From the NCBI GenBank assembly GCA_964016885.1, contig OZ024745.1, positions 89,590,001 through 89,654,000 on the forward strand: DNA of 64,000 nt, given 5' to 3'. How positions within the stretch are numbered: the first letter of the stretch is position 1; each line of letters starts with the position of its first letter. This document shows, piece by piece, positions 39,905-49,664 of the stretch. The DNA is from Eledone cirrhosa (Eukaryota). The translations under genes were made by a program, and so were the position numbers. The notes under the pieces are model-generated. The model ran no database searches. It was not told where the DNA came from and saw nothing but the letters and a program-made list of their open reading frames with translations.

Positions 39905-40058
39905 AATATGCGTTTATAAATATAGTTTCCATTTATTTAATATTATTGAATATTTACTCCAGAAAACTGTCGAGTGCTTTGAATCAGTTATAAATATTTA
40001 TATTTTTTGAATTACCAACAAATTGAATATCCCTTCTGCTTATATAGATATATATAAG

Positions 40059-40150
<92 letters not shown>

Positions 40151-40159
40151 CGAAGTATT

Positions 40160-40234
40160 GTTGTGATACCTATTTCAATGACGAGAGACACCACACGGTT
40201 CGGTGCGCCCAGTGCCGTGACATCATCAGACAGC
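40160..40234 (-). ncRNA. type I hammerhead, family F
   Basis: GCTGT-CTGATGA-..-GAAA-TAGGTA-TC-ACAAC. Confidence 0.7.
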
Positions 40235-40679
40235 TTGTTACATAATAAGGTTATGTTTCCTCTATGTTTCCGTAATACCTAGAAATAAGTATATATTCTC
40301 TTAGCGGTTGATGGTCAATTCTATTGTCCATGCTTATTTGGGGTAGTAATGAGACCTATTGATACTCATACTCTCCCAGCCCTACTAGCTTTCTGCCGGC
40401 TGCCACTAACCGGGTAGCTAGCAGTAAACTATAACCGTGTCATATTACAGGCCTGGATGGGATCATTGTTTGGTTGAGAGGGGGACCTGCCTAGGTGAGT
40501 TTCGTAGAACTCTGCGGTTGTTGATGGTCAACTTCCTTCGGGTTGCGCCTGCGCAGACCGGTGGGGATGAATTGGGTCTTACAAGGGAACGGGCGAAGAA
40601 CTCAAGAGCACACGCTTTGTCCGTTCCTATCTCGATTCAATTTGGATTGCCTCGGAAACATAACCTTATTATGTAACAA

Positions 40680-40754
40680 GCTGTCTGATGATGTAACGGC
40701 ACTGGACGCACCGAACCGTGTGGCCACTGTCGTCATTGAAATATGTATCACAGC
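40680..40754 (+). ncRNA. type I hammerhead, family F
   Basis: GCTGT-CTGATGA-TGTAACGGCA..TGTCGTCATT-GAAA-TATGTA-TC-ACAGC. Confidence 0.8.
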
Positions 40755-42134
40755 ATTATCATTAAAGGACATCTGAAACTACTTCGATTTTTCTTATTCC
40801 ATATATACTCCGTCACTCCTATGTGGAAAAAGTACGTTGATTGCTTGAATTGAATTGCATCAATATTTACCTTAAGAATTTAGCTCCAAAACGTTGAGCG
40901 CTTTATGGTGTAACCGATATAGTGGAGAAGAGAGGAACCAGCCATCAGCTACACCAGGAAATTCCCTCTACTATAGGGATGGACTACACACACTGGAAAT
41001 CCCTGATACTGGACGGACATAAAATTATAAACTAACTTTCGACAGGATAAATACGCGTTAATAAAAACAACGATAAACCACTATTTTCCTGCAGCAAATT
41101 GCATCTTCACCAGATCACAAATCTTTATATGGACAAATTGATAATCATATTAACCACATGTATCCTCATTTCCATGCAGTTTACCTTCCTTGTATATGTT
41201 TCTCATATATATCTCCTATCTCATTTTACATATGTTTCTCCTATCTCATTTTGCATCTATGTATTTTATGTATTTTTGGTGTATTTTATATTTTGCATTT
41301 TTTGTTTTGTTCCATATAATAGAGATATTAACTATGTATTCGCCTAACTACTACGTTTCTACTGTAATTTACCCTCCGTTCTTCTGTACATATCTTTCTA
41401 CTGTACATATCCTTCTACGGTACATTTTGTTTTGTTCCATGTGATAGAGATATTAACTATGTATTCGCCTAACTACTACGTTTCATACTGTAATTTACCC
41501 TCCGTTCTACTGAACATATCAACATATCGTTCAATATGTAGATAATATATCTGTAACACTGATCCCCGTTTCAAAACTTCTTACAATAACTTAAACATCT
41601 CCCTATTTATTAGTTATTATATGTACATATATTTTTTTACTTACTTCGATCTAGATTCTAACTTATAATTTTTTTAATTTTTGATTTTTGATTTTTAATT
41701 TTTAGTGTTAATTTCCAACTCTCATTCATAATTTCCACTGTGAAACCATAATATCTAGAAATAAGTATATATTCTCTTAGCGGTTGATGGTCAATCTACT
41801 GTCCATGCTTATTTGGACCTTTTGACCTTATTGAGACCTATTGATACTCATACTCTCCCACCCCCACTAGCTTTCGGCCAGCTGCCACTAACAAGGTGGC
41901 TAGCAGTAAACTATAACCGTGACATATTCCAGGCCTGGATGGGATCATTGTTTGGTTGAGAGGGGGACCTGCCTAGGTGAGTTTCGTAGAACTCTGCGGT
42001 AGTTGATGGTCAACTTCCTTTGGACTTGCGCCTGCGCAGACCGGTGAGGATGAATTGGGACTCACAAGAGAACGGGCGAAGAACACAAGAGCACACGCCT
42101 TGTCCGTTTCCATGTCGATTCAATTATGTAACAA

Positions 42135-42209
42135 GCTGTCTGATGATGTCGCGGCACTGGGCGCACCGAACCGTGTGACCACTGTCGTCATTGAAATATG
42201 TATCACAGC
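42135..42209 (+). ncRNA. type I hammerhead, family F
   Basis: GCTGT-CTGATGA-TGTCGCGGCA..TGTCGTCATT-GAAA-TATGTA-TC-ACAGC; 1455 nt from the previous copy. Confidence 0.8.
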
Positions 42210-42337
42210 ATTATCATTAAAGGACTTTAACATCTGAAACTACTTCGCTTTTTCTTATTCGATATATACTCCGTCACTCCTATGAGGAAAAAGTAAGTTG
42301 ACTGCTTGAACTGAATTGCATCAATATTTACCTTAAG

Positions 42338-42387
<50 letters not shown>

Positions 42388-42425
42388 TATGTATATATAT
42401 ATATATATACTTAAGGTAAATATTG

Positions 42426-42481
<56 letters not shown>

Positions 42482-42497
42482 CAATATTTACCTTAAG

Positions 42498-42571
<74 letters not shown>

Positions 42572-42574
<3 letters not shown>

Positions 42575-43063
42575 TTTCGTTATTTGTTTTTATCGTCTCC
42601 GTTGAACCGGTACGTACTCACGCTCTATGCAAATTAGTCTGCCCACTACTAATTTTCATAGAAAAAGCATATAACGATATGTGCTTTTACGATTCTCTAG
42701 AGAGGCCGGAAGATAGGTAAATATTGCTGATGAGATGTAACAACATCGAAACTAGTTCAATATTCCTTGTCTGGCTTTCTGGAGAATAGAGGAAAGGTGT
42801 TTCCTCAAAAACCAGTATGACTCTAAAAACCGGTTTGTTTGTGTGTTTACATACAGAATAGCTGGACACTCACAGTAAAGTGACCAGTGAAAAACTCGGT
42901 ACATCTACATATGTATACGTGTGTGTATTCATATGCATACTAGTATTTCAGTATACATATGTGGATGTACATTTTTAACTTTTTTTTAACTTAATTGTTT
43001 AAGCGTCAGTCATACAAAAGTGAGTTACAAACGAAACGAAATTTAATTTCGTTTCGTTATTTG

Positions 43064-43070
<7 letters not shown>
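42572..43070 (+). mobile_element. family M: 477-nt monomer with 22-nt terminal redundancy
   Basis: TCGTTTCGTTATTTGTTTTTAT at 42572 and 43049; (TA)n on both sides. Confidence 0.75.
42720..42764 (+). ncRNA. minimal type I hammerhead, family M
   Basis: AATATTG-CTGATGA-GATGT-AACA-ACATC-GAAA-CTAG-TT-CAATATT; perfect stems I and II, GUU site. Confidence 0.9.
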
Positions 43071-43127
<57 letters not shown>

Positions 43128-43168
43128 CGAAACATAAGTCAATTGCATGAACGCATAATCCATTATTT

Positions 43169-43224
43169 ACTGCTATATATATTTCGATGATAGCCATTGA
43201 ATGGCTATGACCTCATCAGGCAGT
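43169..43224 (-). ncRNA. type I hammerhead, family B
   Basis: ACTGC-CTGATGA-GGTCATAGCCAT..ATGGCTATCATC-GAAA-TATATA-TA-GCAGT. Confidence 0.9.
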
Positions 43225-44006
43225 TAGTCAGTTAGTCAGTTCTGTGTGTGTGTATAGCGTTGATGATATCAGAGCCTTGGGACATATGAGCTTGTTAGGA
43301 ATATTTTGATGTTGTCAGCAGGAATGGTCTTGATTCTCATTGGTCAGTTTGTAGATGGTAGTAGGTTGGTATTTGACCTCAAAGAGGCAGGTGGTTCTGT
43401 AGGGTTCAAACAATCAGGCAAGATGATAATAGGTCCACATGACTGATTTTCACAAGAGGTATTCTTGGTCAGATATATTTTTAAATAAGGATAATAGTAT
43501 GAAATAGATACTACAGGTCAGTCTTAAATTGAGGAATTTATGTGGAGTGATGCTACTGAAAATTATGGTTGGAGTAGAAAGTTTACAAATAAAAAGGCTT
43601 ATGTAGGTTGGCTTGCACTACACTCACACCCACCTCCACAGATACTCACACACATCCACACATACAAAAAGTGGGGTGGTAATACTTAATATAATGGTTA
43701 GAGTCCGATAATTAGATAGTTTAGAAAATTTAGAAATAAAGGGTTTATGCTGGTTCACTTGTACATACACTCACACCTACCCCCTCAAACACTCACACAT
43801 CTACACACACAAATCCATACAGGCGTGCATATATACATATGCATGCATGCATGGACGCACAAGTATACACATATATATCTATACATATATATAAAATATA
43901 TATATACACAGAACATGCATATATATGAAATATATACATACAAAAAGATAAAATATATATATATACATAGGTACACACACACACACAAAATATATACACA
44001 CGTAAG

Positions 44007-44037
<31 letters not shown>

Positions 44038-44289
44038 GAAAAAATACACACACACATACACACATATATATATAAAATGTACTCATATATAAAAGATACG
44101 CATACATACACACATAAAATACACATATATACACATGATACATATATACATATATATAAAATCATGTTCAATAAAACATTGTTTAGATGACTCCCAACCA
44201 GTAGAGGATCCAGTGGACCATCCACCATAAGGACCGCAAACCATGGGTGTCCAATATATATATATTTATATTTTATATATATCTATATT

Positions 44290-45685
44290 AACGGTGACCG
44301 CAGGAAGGCACTTTGCTCTAGCTCCCTCTAATATCCTCGTCAGCATCAGGATGTGACTGGTGGTTGATCTTCCCTCTCTGAAGCCATTCTGGTTGTCCCT
44401 GAGCTTCTTCTCCATCTCAGGCTGGATCCTGTTAAGAATCATCCTGTTGAGGGTCTTTGCCACAAGTGACGTCAGTGAGATCCCCCGGTAGTTGTTGGTG
44501 TTAGAGAGATCTCCCTTCTTTGGCACTGGGACGATGTTACTGATCCTTCACTGATTCGGGGCAACTCCTTTCTCCAGTGCCCCATTACAGAACCCCAGGA
44601 TGATATCATCAAAATCACACCTCTTCATCACCTCTGATGCCACTCCATCTTCTCCATGAGCCTTGCCCTCCTTGATCTTCTTCTTGGCTCTCTGAAGCTC
44701 CTCTCTGGTGAAGGGCTCTGTCTCATCATCCAGTTCCTCAAACAGCCGCCTGATCTCCCCAGTGCTCTGGGCTGTGGAGGGTGGCTCTCCTAGTAGGGTC
44801 CTAAAATGGTCTAGCCATTTCCTCTTCCTATCCTCGGGCCCCGTTCCCTGGATCTGACTCGAACACCTTCTCTTCCTCCCTGTGATCTCGTTGATGATCA
44901 TCCAGCTCTCCTTACATCCAGATCTGTCAACCGCTCTCTCCACACTTCTGATCTCTCTATCAGTGCCTCCTCTCTGACCTCAGTGTAAGCGGTACAGAGC
45001 TCTTCCCTCAACATCTCCACAGTCTCCATCCTCTCCTCCGTAGGATCAGCATAGAATTGGTCCCTGGCAGCTTTCAGGTGTTCTCTGGCTGCACACACTT
45101 TTGGGTTTGCAGAGCTGACGTGCTTCCCTTTATTCTTTTTCCTCGGCACCAGGGTTTCACTTGCCTCCGCCACTGCATTGGTGAAGTGCCCGTACCTCCT
45201 CGTCACACTCTCCTCAGTCCATCCAATCTCTCTCTCTCCTCTGACTCTCCACATTGCTGTAGTGGAGTCTGTGCTGCTGTATGGGTCTGAGACTTGGACA
45301 CTGACCAAGAAACTCACTCAGATGGTGGATGGGTGCTACACGAGAAAGCTGAGGATGGCTCTGAACATTAATCAGTATACACTGAGGATGAAAAACTCAG
45401 AGCTGTATGGGAGAATCCCAAAAGTCAGCTCAAAAGTGACACAGAGGAGACTGGGGTTGGCTGGACATGCTCACCGACATCCAGAGTTGACATTGCACTC
45501 AGTGCTCCTTTGGGAGCCCCTACATGGACACACTAGAAGAGGAAGACCAAGGTTAAGGTATGTTGATGCCCTAAGGACAGACACTGGTCTGTTGGAGATG
45601 CAGGACATGGCAGCGATAATGAGGGACAGAGACCGCTGGAGAGAACTCGTCCATGGATCTCGGGAATTTTACCCGCCTTAGATAT
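44290..45685. pseudogene. RTE LINE with 5' inversion: 44290-45250 (-) and 3' end 45251-45681 (+)
   Basis: Near-identical to 36710-37935 where they overlap; PKKGD..NYRGISL on minus, LLYGSETW..GSREFYP on plus. Confidence 0.88.
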
Positions 45686-45941
45686 TAACGGTACAGATTA
45701 AAGTTTAAGCAAATAATTTCTGCTTTCACCCTACACAAGGTATTCTGAAACTAAGAAAAATCAGTCTGTACATATATATACAATCATTATCGAGCCCTCT
45801 ACGGAATTTTGTTTTTATATTTATAGTTACTATATTATATATAATTTTTTTTCTCGGAAAGGGCATATCAAAGGACCGAAATAACAGAGGTAAACTTTGA
45901 TCCATCAATGTGCTTTTCTGTTTTTTTCGGTTCAAGTTCTA

Positions 45942-46000
45942 GCTGCCTGGTGAGGTCATAGCTGTTGAATGATGGTTATCACCGGAATATATATAACAGC
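45942..46000 (+). ncRNA. degenerate hammerhead, family B
   Basis: GCTGC-CTGGTGA-GGTCATAGC..GTTATCACC-GGAA-TATATA-TA-ACAGC; two core mutations. Confidence 0.6.
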
Positions 46001-46310
46001 GTATATGATTAAATGAAGTTAATTTTAACCTGTTAACTTACACTTTTTGTTTTTAAATTACTCCACATATTTCACTGAGGAACTGGAATCATATCAATTC
46101 AAGTCTATAGACTTTTGAATGAGAAATGTTCTAACAACTGACCAATGAGAGGAGAAGAGGCCCTTTGACACTGAAATTCGTTTGTTTGAATTCATATGAT
46201 TCCAGTTCCTCAGTGAAATAACAACCCAACCAGGAACTGGGCATATCAGAGTATTAACAAAATTATACACCTCAACAACATATGTTCTTGTCTATACCAC
46301 ACTAATTCGG

Positions 46311-46365
46311 ACTGCCTGAAGAGGTCACAGCCAAAGATGGCTGTCACCGAAATATATATAGCAGT
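46311..46365 (+). ncRNA. type I hammerhead, family B
   Basis: ACTGC-CTGAAGA-GGTCACAGCCA-AAGA-TGGCTGTCACC-GAAA-TATATA-TA-GCAGT. Confidence 0.92.
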
Positions 46366-46672
46366 AATAAACGAAGCTAAATTTTAAACATTTGACTTTT
46401 ATTTTACTTTATTTTATATGTATATATATATATATATATATGTGTGTCTGATGGTAGCTAAGATGCTTCCATAGGCGGTATACCGGTTAAGCACTCTATG
46501 CTCTTACAGAACAGAGTATGATAGAATAGAAAATGAAAAATCAGTGATGCATCTGAACTCTGAACTCAATTTATTGTGTGTTACAACTGTTTCTCCGGTG
46601 GACAGCTCGAGACGCGATCATTGTGTGGGTCTGTCTGATTCTGGACCCGCAGGTGCTCCGAAATCATTAGAC

Positions 46673-46760
46673 GTGTCCGATGAACCTTCGGGTCCAGAAT
46701 CAAACAGTTCCACACAATGATCGCGTCTCGAGCTGTCCGCCGGCGAAACAATTGTAACCC
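46673..46760 (+). ncRNA. hammerhead, family N (core CCGATGA), inside inverted repeat 46526-46810
   Basis: GTGT-CCGATGA-ACC..GGC-GAAA-CAATTG-TA-ACCC (the inverted arm reads ACAC, restoring stem I). Confidence 0.55.
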
Positions 46761-46827
46761 ACAATAAATTGAGTTTAGATGCATCACTGATTTTTCGTTT
46801 TCTATTCTCTGTATATATATATATATA

Positions 46828-46963
46828 ATTATTTCTGAAGACGGCGGGTAGTGAAGACGTATGTATTTTTTTCTTATTATGATATTTTGTAATATATTTT
46901 ACATAGTTCAATAATTGAATGAACATACAGGGAACTACCCCCCAGAAACGACCGTAAAATAAT
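46828..46963 (+). ncRNA. type I hammerhead, family O, with ~80-nt insertion in loop II
   Basis: ATTATTT-CTGAAGA-CGGCGGGTAGT..ACTACCCCCCA-GAAA-CGACCG-TA-AAATAAT. Confidence 0.8.
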
Positions 46964-47208
46964 GAGTTTTACTATGAATTAACAGTTTTGTGTTTAGTTT
47001 CATTGTTTTAATATTTCTATATATATATATAAGAATATATATAAGTATATATATAAGAAAGGATATAAGATTTCGCTTCAAGCATAGCTTTATACAATAT
47101 GTATATAAATTTCGTATTTCTAGAGAAATACGGTTTTAGGAACCCGTAGCTATGCAAACACCGGTGGGCTAACGACCTCTGGTGGTTTCCAGCAGAAGCA
47201 AGGGGACA

Positions 47209-47252
47209 ACCGTCTATGCATTTCAGGCTTGACTGTCCTTCGACAGGACGGT
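47209..47252 (-). ncRNA. hammerhead-like motif, family P (core CTGTCGA), in a ~310-320-nt structured monomer 47066-47475
   Basis: ACCGTC-CTGTCGA-AGG..CCT-GAAA-TGCA-TA-GACGGT; terminal direct repeats 47066-47171 / 47387-47475. Confidence 0.65.
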
Positions 47253-47662
47253 CCCTCCCACCGCTTGCTACTGCTAGACTTGAAAACACTCGAGAATATA
47301 TAGTTTTCTCGTCTGTGTAAATGAGGTGATTAATCTCATTTGCGTATGAAGCTGCATAAGTTGGCTCAACTTATAATAGAAAAGAAATAAGAGTTCGCTT
47401 CAAGCATAGCTTGATACTATATGTATAGAAATTTCGTTTTGGGACGCCGTAGCTATGCAAACACCGGCGGGCTAATATATATATATATATATATACAAAT
47501 GAATATATGATAGGGATAAACACTGATACAAGTATACATGTGTTTACATTGCAAATGACCAAGTTAGCTAGATTGAAAAATACTAATTAAAATAATACGG
47601 TTTGCCTGTCTCGATTTAAAATAATAAATCAATAAAAACAAACCTATATTGGCAATAGCCGT

Positions 47663-47746
47663 GATACCTGGACAATTTTAAAATTTAAAATTTGTTTCGC
47701 AACAATTAAGTGAATGTTCCTATTCCTGTGCTCTTCTGCAGGTATC
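47663..47746 (-). ncRNA. type I hammerhead, family Q (core CAGAAGA)
   Basis: GATACCTG-CAGAAGA-GCA..TGC-GAAA-CAA..TTG-TC-CAGGTATC. Confidence 0.78.
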
Positions 47747-48158
47747 CAGAAATTGGTAAGTTTCACTTCAAAATACTTAAGAAGACTGAGAGAAATGTGT
47801 TGTTGAACACACATGTGTCGCAGCGCCTAGCACGTTCCATACTCGTGCTGCTAAAAATAGCAGCCGGTTTTATGGGACTAAAAATTAGCTCAACGTATGG
47901 AGCCGAGAATATTATATATAGAGTTATAAACTCAAATAGTTTTTTACAATTAAATAGCTCAAAGAAAGGAATATTTCTGAGCCGTGTAATACAAATGAAT
48001 ATATGATAGGGATAAACACTGATACAAGTATACATGTGTTTGTATTGCAAATGACCAAGTTAGCTAGATTGAAAAATACTAATTAAAATAATACGGTTTG
48101 CCTGTCTCGATTTAAAATAATAAATCAATAAAAACAAACCTATATTGGCAATAGCCGT

Positions 48159-48235
48159 GATACCTGGACAAATTTAAAATTTGTTTCGCAACAATTATGT
48201 GAATGTTCCTATTCCTGTGCTCATCTGCAGCTATC
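48159..48235 (-). ncRNA. type I hammerhead, family Q (core CAGATGA)
   Basis: Stem III ACAAATT/AATTTGT, GUC site. Confidence 0.78.
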
Positions 48236-48647
48236 CAGAAATTGGTAAGTTTCACTTCAAAATACTTATGAAGACTGAGAGAAATGTGTTGTTGAACGCA
48301 CATGTGTCGCAGCGCCTAGCACGTTCCATACTCGTGCTGCTAAAAATAGCAGCCGGTTTTATGGGACTAAAAATTAGCTCAACGTATGGAGCCGAGAATA
48401 TTATATATAGAGTTATAAACTCAAATAGTTTTTTACAATTAAATAGCTCAAAGAAAGGAATATTTCTGAGCCGTGTAATACAAATGAATATATGATAGGG
48501 ATAAACACTGATACAAGTATACATGTGTTTGTATTGCAAATCACCAAGTTAGCTAGATTGAAAAATACTAATTAAAATAATACGGTTTGCCTGTCTCGAT
48601 TTAAAATAATAAATCAATAAAAACAAACCTATATTGGCAATAGCCGT

Positions 48648-48738
48648 GATACCTGGACAAATTTAAAATTTAAAATTAAAAATTTGTTTCGCAACAATTA
48701 TGTGAATGTTCCTATTCCTGTGCTCTTCTGCAGCTATC
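48648..48738 (-). ncRNA. type I hammerhead, family Q (core CAGAAGA)
   Basis: As above, with expanded loop III. Confidence 0.75.
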
Positions 48739-49250
48739 CAGAAATTGGTAAGTTTCACTTCAAAATACTTATGAAGACTGAGAGAAATGTGTTGTTGAAC
48801 GCACATGTGTCGCAGCGCCTAGCACGTTCCATACTTGTGCTGCTAAAAATAGCAGCCGGTTTTATGGGACTAAAAATTAGCTCAACGTATGGAGCCGAGA
48901 ATATTATATATAGAGTTATAAACTCAAATAGTTTTTTACAATTAAATAGCTCAAAGAAAGGAATATTTCTGAGCCGTGTAATACAAATGAATATATGATA
49001 GGGATAATCACTGATACAAGTATACATGTGTTTGTATTACAAATGACCAAGTTAGCTAGATTGAAAAATACTAATTAAAATAATACGGTTTGCTTGTCTC
49101 GATTTAGAATAATAAATCAATAAAAACAAACCTATATTGGCAATAACCGCACGAGTATGGAACGTGCTAGGCGCTGCGACACATGTGCGTTCAACAACAC
49201 ATTTCTCTCAGTCTTCTTAAGTATTTTGAAGTGAAACTTACCAATTTCTG

Positions 49251-49334
49251 GATACCTGCAGAAGAGCACAGGAATAGGAACATTCACTTAATTGTTGCGA
49301 AACAAATTTTAAATTTTAAAATTGTCCAGGTATC
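49251..49334 (+). ncRNA. type I hammerhead, family Q, in the fold-back arm
   Basis: GATACCTG-CAGAAGA-GCAC..TTGC-GAAA-CAA..TTG-TC-CAGGTATC. Confidence 0.78.
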
Positions 49335-49582
49335 ACGGCTATTGCCAATATATGTTTGTTTTTATTGATTTATTATTTTAAATCGAGACAGGCAAACCGT
49401 ATTATTTTAATTAGTATTTGTTCAATCTAGCTAACTTGGTCATTTACAATGCAAACACATTTATACTTGTATCAGTGTTTATCCCTATCATATATTCATT
49501 TGCATTACACGGCTCAGAAATTCCTTTCTTTGAGCTATTTAATTGTAAAAGACTATTTAAGTTTATAACTCTCTCTCTCTGA

Positions 49583-49660
<78 letters not shown>

Positions 49661-49664
<4 letters not shown>

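Larger units (their letters stand above)
40149..42337 (+). mobile_element. family F: inverted arm plus two ~600-nt HHR-bearing direct repeats around an ~870-nt non-coding spacer
   Basis: 40274-40876 matches 41749-42337; 40149-40262 is an inverted copy of the HHR region. Confidence 0.88.
47494..49570. repeat. family Q: 3.3 tandem ~495-nt monomers plus fold-back arm 49149-49570
   Basis: TACAAATGAATATATGATAGGG at ~47494, 47990, 48479 and 48982; inverted copy follows. Confidence 0.95.

Noticed and set aside
47710-49027. Repeated ~100-aa ORFs in family Q monomers
   Set aside because: Non-ATG starts, no motifs, recurrence explained by tandem duplication; unit lengths are not consistently multiples of three
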